NCBI RefSeq assembly: GCF_006345805.1
Contig: NC_043007.1
Location: forward strand, 12,648,001 to 12,712,000
Length of the DNA stretch: 64,000 bases
Source: Octopus sinensis
Lineage: Eukaryota
Direction: 5' to 3'
The position numbers were made by a program, and so were the translations under genes. Numbering within the stretch: position 1 is the stretch's first letter; every line of letters starts with the position of its first letter. The notes beneath the pieces are model-generated. The model did no database searches and was not told where the DNA came from. It was given only the letters and a program-made list of their open reading frames with translations. Shown in pieces: positions 24,343 through 36,720 of the stretch.

Positions 24343-25926
24343 ACTTTAACATACAGTTTACTGCAGTACCTGGAGCCTGCTCTGTGAAATGACCTGACCT
24401 GGGTTAGAGCTAGGTAGCACACAAAAGTGTAAATGGCTAGGTAAACAGCATGTTAAAGCGATACCGTTTTGTCTATCTACCTCTTACACAGTGCAATACA
24501 GAATAGAATTGATTGCAGCAATCTTTCATTCCTAATATGACTCCCATGTGTAAAAAGAATAATTTATGCTTGAAAATATTTTTTTTAAATATGGTTTAGT
24601 ACATGAACAATATAACAGTCTACCTTCTTGGTTGATTTACAACAAATTATGGAGAAACATTGTATATTTATTTTGTTTTCCAATCACTGCCAAAAGTAGA
24701 CTCTACTCTTGTAGTAATTGATTGTCAATTTATACTTTTCCCTTCGTCTAAAAGCTTTTCCATTTGTCTTGAATATTTTTTTTCTCTTCCATGTAAATTT
24801 TGTTTCTCTAAATAGTTTCATAATTGTATTGCTAAATACAAAAGAGCATTTTGTAGTTAGGCATCATATAAAGTAGGATAAATTAGTTTTCATTATGGTA
24901 GTTATAATTATTCTAATTGCAAAAAAAAATTATTTTTAAGACTTTCCCCTTTCTTTCTTCCTTTTCTTCTTTTTTTGTTAATACTTCATAGAGATGTATA
25001 AGTCCATTATTTTAATCAGTCTTCATTTCTGATATTGAATAATGTCTTTGCAAAAACTGAATATAATTAATAGAAACTATAAAACATCTTAATCTATTTC
25101 ATTCTTAAGACGGCAAGCTGGCAGAATCATTAGCACACGGAGCAAAATGCTTGACAGCATTTCATCCATCTTTGGGTTCTGAGTTCAAATTCTGCCAAGT
25201 TTAACTTTGCCTTCTATCCTGTTGGTGCTGATAAAACAAGTACCAGTTGAGTACTGGGGTTGATGTAAATGGTTTAATCCCTATCTCCAAAGTTGCTGGT
25301 CTTGTGTTAAAGTTTGAAACCAGTTTATTTCATTCCTAACTGCTCGGTTAATAACAAGTAATTAGGCTTTGCCACAAACATGTCGTTACTGTCCGTATTA
25401 GCACAGTGGGACTGAACCTAAAACCACATGACTGTCAATCAAACATCTTATTCACATAGTTATGCCTTCATCTATAATCACAAATAATTTCTTCTATGAT
25501 CTCCGATTTCTTTGGCTTCTTTATGATCCTTAGTACCAGTTTCTTCTGAGCCGTAGCCACAGGATATTGGTCCTTTTGTTTATTTCACACATTAATGGCC
25601 TCTTGGCCTTGAGAACTTGGCCCAGTTCACATCAGCAAAATATGTGGATGTCTGTCAAGAGAATCTTCTGACAAAGTTTCCCACATTTCATCTTCCAACA
25701 TCTCAAATAACCTGAATTTCACAATTCCTTTCAGTATTGTAGTATGTTTTGACAGGGTATGGTCACTTTTCACCTTAGAACTTTGTTACATTTTTTTTTT
25801 TGATATTTATTGTATTCAACCTGATGTTCATTAATGGACTACCTACTGTCATCATCTACCACTGATCTCATTCAGATGATACTGTGTTACACTCCCTCCA
25901 TGCCGCTTTTTAATGGAGTCCTATCT

Positions 25927-26336
25927 GGATCTTTTCGGTTTGACCGGCAGTTTTTTCTAGCGGTGTCATGTGAAATTGTCACCCATAATTATGACCCTAG
26001 TATCGATCTATTGCATTTCAATCTGTTTTAGGGTTAGGGGTGGGGGAAGGGTATCTTTTTTCTTCAGAAATGTAAATAAACCCAATCTGTTTCTTAAACG
26101 AGGGACATATTCATACGGCACAGAATGTTTTTTTACCTCAATGGACGTCAGTGATTGGTTGAAATTGCAGAAATTGAAGAAAAAGAACAACAAATATCTT
26201 ACAAACCATAGAATTTTCTCAATAAAGCCAAGAGAAAAAGATGTTTTATAAACACATTCTACCAGTATACGAAGTTTAAAATTTTTTAGTTACTTAGAAA
26301 TTATGTTAAAAACTGCCGTTCAAGCCGAAAAGATCC
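25927..26336. mobile_element. Unclassified TIR element (GGATC termini)
   Basis: GGATCTTTTCGGTTTGACCGGCAGTTTTT / AAAAACTGCCGTTCAAGCCGAAAAGATCC, 29-nt TIR with 2 mismatches; internal TTAGGGTTAGGG. Confidence 0.75.
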
Positions 26337-28290
26337 TTGTATTTGTTCCTTCCTTTCCTTCCTTCATAAGTCCTTCGCAGCACATACAGCATGTCTCGTG
26401 TATTTCAAACCCGGCACAGTCCATCTTTCTCCATGTCTGAACGCATTTGATATCTTCCGGAGAATGAGTTGGAAGAAGAAGTGATCCTAGCACTGAACTG
26501 CTACTTTCTTTATTGATCCCGGGAAAGATAAAATGCAAAGTTGACCTAAGAGTACAGAGTATTGGAACAACTATCATAAAGCATTCTACTTAGTGTTCTA
26601 ATAATTTGGACAACTGGTGGCTTGAAAAGGATTAATCCACTTTTGCTAAACATGGCCTAATTTGAACAGGAGTCTTAATGATATCCAATACACTCTTGAC
26701 AAACTAGTCTCAATTAACAGCACCAAAATGCAGATAAAATACTTAAATGGTAATGTTATCATAACATAGCATTTCCATTCTTCATCATCATCATACATCG
26801 GTTTTCCATATTTTCCATGCTGGCATGGGTTGGATGGTTTGACAGGAGCTGACCAGTTGTAGAGCTGCGCCACGCTCCAGTTGTCTGTTCGGGCCTCGTC
26901 TCTTTGGTTGGATGCCCTTCCTAACACCAACCATTTTACAGAGCATACTGGGTGCCCTTTACGTGGCACCATCATGGTTGCTTTGTACATGGCACTGGCA
27001 GGGACACCTTATATGTGATACTGGTGCCAGATGCTTTTGATGGATAGAATTCCTCACAGTACTTGCTCCCTCTCCCTGCACTCTGAAATCAAATCCCATT
27101 GAGGCCCACTTTTCCTTTTATCCTTTTGAGGTTACTAAAAAAAATTAAAAAAATAAAAATAAAAGTTCCAAATTTATGCGCTGGAATGGTAGAACTGTAA
27201 GAATGCTGAACTGGATGTTTTGCAGTGTATGTTCCCAATCTTTGCATTCTGAGTTCAAATCCTGCCGTGGTCTTACATGGTGGTTGACTTAATCTGTCAC
27301 CCAGTTTAACACCACTACATATGAAGGATGTTAAACTGATTTTTATCATATTTATTCATTAATCATCTATAGGATGACTGGTGAGTGAGACAAACTTTCT
27401 TGTGCTGCTACCATAAAATTCACCCAGTCTACACTGTAAAGTGACTGGCAAAGGAAGAGAGTATGAGGAGTTTCAAGGTCCCTTTTATTCAACCTATTTA
27501 GTGTTGGTGCCATAAAAAAACGCATCTAGTACACTGATGTGGTTGGCAATAGGAAGGGTATCCGGCCATAGAAACACAGCCAAAGGACATGGAAGCACCA
27601 GTCTTTGTATGGAAGCAGTAGCTCTCCAAGAAAAATGTTATTTGAACTTTGACAGCCATGTAACCCATGCCAGGTGGAAAGTGGACATAAAAATGACAGT
27701 CATATATATCACTTCCTTGTTTTTAATTTGAACACTGCTCTTAGGCCTTATTTCTCAAAAATTATTCTTTCTTACTGATTGTGAGCCAACCTCATTGAAG
27801 TTATCATAATTATGATTGACTTACTAACCTTAAACAGGAATGTTTCTATCATTTGTTTTTATGTCATGTCAGTAAATATTTAAATTTGTTTCTCATAATT
27901 TCAGAAACTGTTTTCATAAAGAAATGTGATGACAGAAAGAAGTCTTTGATCTGTTTAAGTGGGCTAGTTGTACGTAGTTAAACAGCTAGATAACATCACT
28001 TTAATTTATATTCATTTCTTAACATAAAGAGATCTTGTTTCTGCAGAAAACTGGATCGTTGTTATAAGTATACACGATAAAACTGGTTGTGGTAGAAATA
28101 AACATATTTTTTAATTTAAAAACATTGAGCGAAAGAGATTAAATGCTATAAGGCACACAAAACTTTTTCCTCTTTAATCATAGTTTACTGTTTAGCAGCT
28201 AAACACTGTAGTGTGTATTATAGGTCTACGATTATTGAAGCTGGCATACTGAAGCACCTCTAGCAATTGCGTTGAATTTGTGGGTTTTAA

Positions 28291-28872
28291 CCCTTTTGTT
28301 ACTGTATTTATTTTCAGGTGCTCTGTGCTTCTTCCAATTCTTTTAAACTAGCACTATGACCCGGCAACACTGGGTCATACTGCTAGTGCATGCATATACA
28401 GCTGCGTGCGTGCACGCGCACATACACGCGAGTACTGTCCAAATCTCCGACCAGTCACATACAGCTAGCTGGCATTCAATTGGCGTATCAAGTTTCGGGC
28501 ATTTTGATTGGGTTTTGGATAGAAAATTCACAAAAAAGTCACTTCTATTGATTTTTTAATGGCTTTGCAGGGTGACTGGGGAAATGTAAAGATGTGCACG
28601 ACCACCCTTGGACGGTTTTGAATGACCATAGAAAGTGCAAGACCTCTAACTGAAAAATTGTGGATTTGTATAAAGGACACACACACATGCCATTTATATA
28701 TAGAGAGATATAACAAAGAATTTAGTAAAATAACATTGTTATCATTAAGCTAGTTTTAGGAACATAAATTGTGACTAAGGTTTGGTGGAAGATTTCAATT
28801 CCAAACTTATGAAAACAAGACATTTGTACTAAAGAGCCAGAGCCGGTTTCAGCTGGGTTGGTAATGAAAGGG
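28291..28872. mobile_element. piggyBac-type MITE interrupted by a Helitron
   Basis: TTAA|CCCTTTTG...GAAAGGG|TTAA; removing 28348-28708 restores the family sequence. Confidence 0.85.
28348..28708 (-). mobile_element. Non-autonomous Helitron
   Basis: 5'-TC...CTAG-3' on the - strand, inserted between A and T with no TSD, 3' hairpin; homologous to 55099-55476. Confidence 0.85.
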
Positions 28873-29509
28873 TTAAAGAATAGACATTTAGTTTGCCAAC
28901 CCATGTCATCCTACACAAACAGATTGTTATGGTGATGTTTGTAAGATGAAGATGCAGAAACTGAAAGCCACCTGGAAGCAATGACTTTTTCTCCCCCGCC
29001 TCACAGAATTCTCCATTTGATTCTTCCTTACATCCTACTCAGGTCAGTAGAGGAAGATGAGAAATGTCAAGCTACACATTCATGCATCATTTGCATCTCA
29101 GACACCAACAATCAGTCGAAGGTCCCCTGGACGTGAGTGATCAACGTACTCATCTTTATCTCCAACAGGAGAGGTCATAACTAGAATATGTGTAGGAATG
29201 AGATGATGATGATGATTATGGTAATTACCATCATCATCGTTTCTTAATTTCATTTTCTTTTTCTCTTTTTTTTTTTCTTTTGTATTTTCTTATTTTATAT
29301 TTGTTTGTCGAAGTAGTTAAGAGTTGGAAAGTTCTGCAAATACAAACCGTTTTTATTCCGAGGGTGTTTCAGGTCACATGCCGTTATGAAAGCTGACGAA
29401 TCCCTCACAAAGTGGAACTTTATATAATTAGGCTGATTAACTTGAGATATAACACAGAATATTGAATAATTAACTGTGCTTGTTATTGTTCTAATGATAC
29501 AACTGTTAA

Positions 29510-29660
29510 AGATGTTTCTAGCTAAGAACAAACAGCACTACCTTGCCTTTGTTGATCTGGAGAAGGCCTTTGACAGAGCCCTTTTGTCTTTAAGCTCATA
29601 AGAACAATGTTAGGTATAGATGCCATGCAAACTGTGTAAAAGAACTCTATTGGTAAGATT
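29510..29660 (+). mobile_element. RTE-like RT fragment, interrupted by a SINE
   Basis: MFLAKNKQHYLAFVDLEKAFDRA (RT motif AFVDLEKAFD). Confidence 0.6.
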
Positions 29661-29669
29661 AGAGTTAAG

Positions 29670-29897
29670 GCAGTGAGGTGGCAGAAACGTTAGCACACTG
29701 GGCGAAATGCTTAGCGGTATTTCGTCTACCGTTACGTTCTGAGTTCAAATTCCGCTGAGGTCGACTTTGCCTTTCATCCTTTCGGGGTCGATTAAATAAG
29801 TGCCAGTTACACACTGGGGTCGATATAATCGACTTGATTCATTTGTCTGTCCTTGTTTGTCCCCTCTATGTTTAGCCCCTTGTGGGCAATAAAGAAA
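29670..29897 (+). mobile_element. SINE family C (Meta-domain-like core GCCTTTCATCCTTTCGGGGTCGAT..AAGTACC) with 16-bp TSD
   Basis: TAAGATTAGAGTTAAG at 29654-29669 and 29898-29913; GAGTTCAAATTCC B box. Confidence 0.88.
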
Positions 29898-30326
29898 TAA
29901 GATTAGAGTTAAGTTTAGTGGAGATTATAACACAAGGGTTCAGTACTGAAATGAGTATATTCTGTTTTGTAATGTGCAGTGTGAACCTACTTTAGACTCA
30001 GACAGAGCACCAGGAGAGAACAGTGAAACCTCAATCAAAGTGTATTATCCTGAGTAATCCGTCAGTACCTTCTTCCATAAATTTAACGAACTTGCTTCTT
30101 TCGGTCAAATTGCTTGCTCTTCTGATGTAGATGCTTTTCCTGTGAACATCTGCCAATGCCTTTGATGTTTCATCATTCTCAAACCACTTGTATTCACTTT
30201 CATTTGGTAGGTACATCCATCGTATACCCTTTAGTCATTTATCACCACTTAGTACTGTGTAATAAGATACAACCCAAATGGAGTTTTATGTGGTTGCTCA
30301 GGCATCTCCTCCATAGGATCCTCTCA

Positions 30327-30592
30327 GAAGACTTTGTGGTTGGATTCCCAGGCATGACCGACTGAGATAATGGATATTATCCAACCATCTCATTCATGGC
30401 CTTTACCCCTAGGCCTAAGTCTCCAACTGGTTGCCTCGGTTTGTGATTCTTTCATTAGACTTTGTGGTTGAATTCCCAAACATGACCAACTGAGATGATG
30501 GATATTACCCAATCATCTCTTTCTTGGTCTTTACTCCTAGGTCTCCTGCTGGTTGGCTCAGCTTGAAGAATCTGTCTTGTGGTTGGATTCCT
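30327..30592 (+). repeat. ~130-nt tandem duplication (two copies plus a partial third)
   Basis: AGACTTTGTGGTTG(G/A)ATTCCCA..CATGACC.ACTGAGAT.ATGGATATTA..CAA.CATCTC at ~30329 and ~30457; TGTGGTTGGATTCC again at ~30578. Confidence 0.8.
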
Positions 30593-31676
30593 GCTACATT
30601 CTAATCACATGTCCTTAGTACTGGAGCTTTGACCTCTCAATGTGGAGAAGTAGTGGCTCAACCTGCAGAGACTCCCTGATCTCTGAGCTATGCACCCTGT
30701 TGTGTAGTGTTACCCTAGAGATCTTCCAGAGCCCCCCCCCCCATTTCAGACATTTGTATTCACGATTGTACTCTTTCGGTCATTCATTACCCAACATTCA
30801 TGATCACTGATGAGGATAGGCATGAAAACCAAATTGAAGGTTGTGAGTTTGGCTAATATTTTATTTTAATGGAAATTGTAAGTATGATACCCGTGCCGGT
30901 GGCACATAAAAAGCACCACCATCCGAACGTGGCCGATGCCAGCGCCACCTGATCATAGCCATTTGCCATCCTCCTCTGGTCCCTGTGCTGGTGGCACGTA
31001 AAAAGCACCCACTACACTCACAGAGTGGTTGGCGTTAGGAAGGGCATCCAGCCATAGAAACAGTCACATCAGACTGGAGCCTGGTGCAGCCTCCTGGCTT
31101 CCCAAACCCCGGTCAAACCATCCAGCCCGTACTAGCATGGAAAATGGACGTTAAATGATGATGATGATGTGGTACAGCTTTGATCTGTTTATATATTACG
31201 CAATTTTCTCTCTTGCTAATGTAAAGCTATTAAATTGAATTTATTATTTAACTCCATTTTCTGAGTATCTTGGGACATGATGGAAAATTACCAATTATTG
31301 ACTGAAAACTATTTCGTTGAGAGCAGGATCTGGCAAAGCATCAAAGTCCCCAAGCAAAATTCTGTGTCAGTATCTGGTAATATGATATACGCAGTCGTTA
31401 ATTTACTGAGAGAACTCCAAAACTCATTTAGTTAAAAACTAATTATAATAAAATTCATATTTGTAATTGTCATCATCACCATCACTGTCATATCATGTCA
31501 AGGCAAGGAGATAGTGAAGCACACACAATGAGCTTCCATCAGTTTCCATGAGGCAATAGTTGGCCATACTGTGGAATTGAACCCAAAACCATATAGTTGG
31601 GAAGCAAACTTCTTACTAAACAGCCACATGACAATAATATAATAATTGTCAGGGTGTGTTTACATATATATATATA

Positions 31677-32048
31677 CTAGCAGTATCGCCCGGCGTTGCT
31701 CAGGTTTGTAAGGGAAACAACTATAAAGCATTTTTAGAGAGTTATAGCCAAAAAATAGCAAAAAAATGATGGTAAATTTTTTTTGAGAGTAAAAAAAGGT
31801 GGAGTTGCGTCCCCTAGACAGTTTGCGGTTTGTGTTTCTGATTCTCGACCCCATGTCAAATTTATCGATTTTTTTCAGAACTGGGGGAACTTTTCAAAAT
31901 TTTCGCTGCGTTAGTTTTGAATTATGACATTGGGCTATGTGTGTGTCAAGTTTCATCAGAATCGGTTGAAAGCCGTGGTCAGGGTGAGGGTACAAGCAAA
32001 CAGACACACAGAAACACGCACAGACAAACTGCCGTTTATATAGAGAGA
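31677..32048 (-). mobile_element. Non-autonomous Helitron (second family)
   Basis: On - strand TCTCTCTATATAAACGGCA...CAAACCTGAGCAACGCCGGGCGATACTGCTAG|T. Confidence 0.78.
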
Positions 32049-33299
32049 TATATATGTAGAGAGAGAGAGAGAGAGACCGACGGACAGTTTTGCAAGGAGG
32101 TAACTCCAATAAAATTGACTTTGCATCCTGACTTTGAATTTGTATATAATGTATTACCATCATCATCAACATCATCATCATCGTTTAATGTCCGTTTTCC
32201 ATGCTGGAATGGGTTTGACTGAGGACTAGCAAGCCAGTAGGTTGCACCAGGCTCCAATCTAATCTGGCAGTTTTTCTACATCTGGATGCCCTTCCTAACG
32301 CCAACCACACCGAGAGTGTAGTGGGCGCTTTTTATATGCCATCGGCATGGGACCCAGTCAGGCAGACCTGGCATTGACCACATTTGGATGGTGATTTTTA
32401 CATGCCACAGGCATGGGACCCAGTCAGGCAGACCTGGCATTGACCACATTCGGAAGATGCTTTTTACGTGCCACCGGCACAGGGAGCTAGTCAGGAGACA
32501 CTGGTATCGTCCACGTTCGGATGATAGTTACAAATATGCGAATTTTTCTGAAAAATAACTAATGTTGCTGAGAGAATTTGTGGGCAGGTATCGATAGTGT
32601 CCCAAGTCATTTCAAACATTTGTGTTTACACAAAAGTTTCTGCATGAAAATTCAATGGAGACACAATGTGAGTTGCTGGAACACTTAGTTAATCAACATC
32701 AATAATGTTTTCAGTAATCATCAACGTCTGTGTTTGTGCAAAACTTTTTTGTATATAAATATTTAATAAACACAGCACATAACCAAATTAAGATATTTTG
32801 AATTTTTCTGTCATAATTTGACATACAAGAAGATTTAGTTGATTAGCTGTTCTGAGTAAGCGTTATGTTCTGACTATAATGTGTATGTGTGTGGCATCGC
32901 TTTTCCTTGCTTGCATGGATCAGATGGAATTTGTTCAGGTTCATTTTCTACATCCCTTGTTGCCAGCCCTCACTTGTTTCCAAGCAAGGTGAGACTTTCC
33001 TCTTGACTTGATACGTTTCATTGGAAGATTGGAAACAAATTGTTGATTATGTGAAGGTACACTCATTTTTGTACACTTACACAATGTCAAGACAATGATG
33101 TACACACACATGCACACACATGATGGGCTTCTTTTAGTTTCCATCTATCAATTCCACTTACAAGGCTTTGGTTGGCCTAGGGCTATAGTAGAAAACACTT
33201 GCCCATGTTACCACACAGTGTGGCTGAACCCGAAACCATGAGGTTTAGAAGTGAACTTCTTAAGCACACAGCTATGTCTGTGTTGTATATTCTTTCTTT

Positions 33300-33506
33300 T
33301 CTTTTTTTTTATTTGTTTCAGTCATTTGACTGCAGCCATGCTGGAGCACTGCCTTTAGTCGAGCTAATCGGCCCCAGGACTTATTCTTTGGAAGCTTAGT
33401 ACTTATTCTATCGGTCTCTTTTGCCAAACCGCGAAGTTATGGGGATGTAAACACACCAGCATCGGTTGTCAAGCGATGTTGGAGGACACACACACAAACA
33501 CACATA

Positions 33507-33552
<46 letters not shown>

Positions 33553-33718
33553 ATACGATGGGCTTCTTTCAGTTTCCATCAACCAAATCCACTCACAAGG
33601 CTTTGGTCGGCCCGAGGCTATAGTAGAAGACACTTGCCCAAGGTGCCATGCAGTGGGACTGAACCCGAAACCATGTGGTTGGTAAGCAAGCTACTTACCA
33701 CACAGCGACTCCTGCGCC
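33300..33718 (-). mobile_element. SINE family A
   Basis: Reverse complement ending ACTCCTGCGCC. Confidence 0.88.
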
Positions 33719-34522
33719 TATGTTCTAATTTTGACAAGACGAATTATTTTTCCTGTCTTTTCTGGAGGACAACTCTGGTTGGTAGTATGTATAACTAGAA
33801 GCAAGAATAATTTGGAACTGCATACAGAAAATATGTGCAAACAAGGAAATCTTTTTGAGAAGAAAATTTTCACTAAAAGTCTATTATTAAATTAAATAGC
33901 ACCTGTATAACTCCTGCCTGCTCAGCATTGCCGTGTGATCATTTCTCTAGAATTGGCAGTTTTCACTTTGTATGCTGTTAATGCAAATATTGAATCAAAA
34001 ACCATTTTTTAAAAAAAATGTTAAGATTGTACTATGCGAAGTCTACTACAATATGTAAATATATAAAAAAAAAATTAACTTTATTTTCTATATTTTTACT
34101 GTATTTTATCATCATTTTCAATACATTTAAGATAGTCATGTTTGTCTGTATTATTAACAACACTAGTTGGTAATGTTACATTATTGGAATTACAATATAG
34201 ATTTAATAGTATACAAAGTAAGTTTTTTATAGAATTCTAAAAATTATTTTATGATGAGGTCTATAACAGTTCCTACCAGTTTAAACAGAAGGGGAAGCTG
34301 GTAAAAGAACTGAAAATATTTTTTCATTCAATATCTTACTTTCTTTCTGATGTTTGATATTTTCCCTAAAATATTATCGGTATTCATTATTGCTTTGTCT
34401 GTTTTTATAAAATAGTAATAATATTTGTTTATAACTTTTTTTTTTTCCATCTTAATATAATTGGTCATTTTGTTCAGTTAATAAAAATCACCTAATAGAT
34501 ATAACTCCCTCTGAGTATATCT

Positions 34523-34751
34523 ATTTCTTTACTACACACAAGGGGCTAAACACAGAGGGGACAAACAAGGACAGACAAACGGATCAAGTCGATTACATCG
34601 ACCTCAGTGCGTAACTGGTACTTAATTTATCGATCCCGAGAGGATGAAAGGCAAAGTCGACCTTGGCGGAATTTGAACTCAGAACATAACGACAGACGAA
34701 ATCTGGCTACGCATTTCGTCCGGCGTGCTAACGTTTCTGCCAGCTCGCCCC
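34523..34751 (-). mobile_element. SINE family C with 12-bp TSD
   Basis: CTGAGTATATCT at 34511-34522 and 34752-34763. Confidence 0.88.
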
Positions 34752-35262
34752 CTGAGTATATCTTCTGTCTTTCACTAGCTTCAATCATTGGACTGTGGCC
34801 ATGCTGGGGCCACTGTCTTTAAAGGTTTCATCAAACAAATCAACTCCAGTACTTACTTGAGACCTTTAAAAAAATGGTCTCATGCTTAACCTATAGGTCT
34901 CTTTTGCTGAAACTCTTAACTCATGGGGAGGTAAACAAACCAACACTGGTTGTCGAGAAGTGCTGAGGGGGGGGCAAGCATAAGGACACTTACACATATA
35001 CAATGGGCTTCTTTCAGTTTCCATCTATCAAATCCAATCACAAGGCTTTGGCCAATCTTATAGAAAAGCATTTTATTGCAAGATTAACAGATAATTTTCG
35101 CCAATACTTCTTCACTATGATTAGGCAATCTGCTCTTTTACCAAGTGGTTTTGGTTCCAAATTTATTCTATCTTTTTCTTTCTTTCTGTTCTCACCTCAC
35201 CTCACATCACTCCACCAAATCAACTCTATTCTTGGTATCCAGGACAGCATTTCACCATCTAA

Positions 35263-35652
35263 TCTCTCTATATATAAAGCTGAAGTTGTCTGTGTGTGTA
35301 TGGCAGGTCTTGTAGCCTTCAACTAACACTATCTCCTCCGAGACCCTGCGGCACAAGTTGACCAAAATTGAGAGTATGATAGAAGAAGGCTTGCTCTTCC
35401 TTCCATAGAAGAAAAAAATTCAAGTCGGACCCTGTTAATACCAAAAATTATTTACATCAAAAAGGTGCATTTTTTCTATGAAAATCCCTATTTTTTACGA
35501 TTTCTTTACTGCTGTGTCGCCATTTTTCGGTGTATTTCAACCAGAAAAATGCTCACTTAAAGAGAATAACAAGCTACATAATGCAACATTTTCAAAAATT
35601 CCAATTCTAAAGGGTCAAAACAAACCCGAGCAACGCCGGGTGATGCTGCTAG
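35263..35652 (+). mobile_element. Non-autonomous Helitron (third family)
   Basis: A|TCTCTCTATATATAAAGCTG...CAAACCCGAGCAACGCCGGGTGATGCTGCTAG|T; the start could instead be 35258. Confidence 0.78.
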
Positions 35653-36161
35653 TTTGCTTCTAAATCCACTTTCAAAACCCATCCATAATACCCTTCATTG
35701 GTACACTACCCTCTGCTTCATACTTTAACTTAACTAAATGCCCAAGTAACTATGTGAAAAATACACATTTCCCGACTTAATGACAATATAACCAGCTGAA
35801 GTGTTAGCCTTAACGAAGTTGCTCACCTAGTTATAAGAACTGATTGCAAAACTGGCTGGACTGGCTAGTGTTAAGAGCCTATCTCTCTAATATTGTTGAT
35901 TACTCTGTATGGAAACAAGAAGAAAATATGAAAGTGCACTAAATTTTTTTGCTTTCCAAATACTGCTAGATCCTGTCCTGGCCATTATCCTCTCGCAATG
36001 CAGTTATTTTCAATAAGCCACTTTGTGTGTCTTGAAAATGAAAACATTAAAGTAATTGTCCTGAGTTAAGAAAAAACAACCCAATAATCATTAACAGACT
36101 AACTATTGCATATTGTATTGAATAATCCATATGATTATCTCTCTCTCTCCCTCCCTCTCTC

Positions 36162-36207
<46 letters not shown>

Positions 36208-36685
36208 TACATACATACATACACAATACAAATATACACGTCTCTACCCCTCCCTCTCTCTATATATAAAGTATTAAAATATGGGGTGCTCAATACATGT
36301 GAGAACAGTGTAGAGCCTGTTTTGTGGATTATGTACACTAACTATGAAATCATATGATATGTGGCTGAATCTGTTTTTAAGTGGTTGTCTTTAAGAGATT
36401 GCATTCCCTCACCTTCAGTACACTGTGTATTTATTATGGTAGTTTTGACTTTACGTGTAGTAATGCCTTTAATATAAATAAATATATTTAAAGGGAATAA
36501 TTATAAATTTTTCCTTGTGAGGTTTTCATGCTGACTACTTGATAAATTCTTATAAAGATTTTATCCTATTTTAAATTATATATAAAAATTATGGCGAATT
36601 ATATAAGAATAAGTTCTGGAGTTGATTTGTTTGACTAAACCCCCTTAAGGTGGTGCTCCCTTCTTTGGATTTTTCCTTTTCCTAT

Positions 36686-36720
36686 GTTTCTGACGAAGAG
36701 CTCTGCTCGAAACATTAAAC
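36686..36720 (+). ncRNA. Minimal type-I hammerhead-ribozyme-like motif
   Basis: GTTT-CTGACGA-A-GAGC(TCT)GCTC-GAA-ACAT-T-AAAC. Confidence 0.55.
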
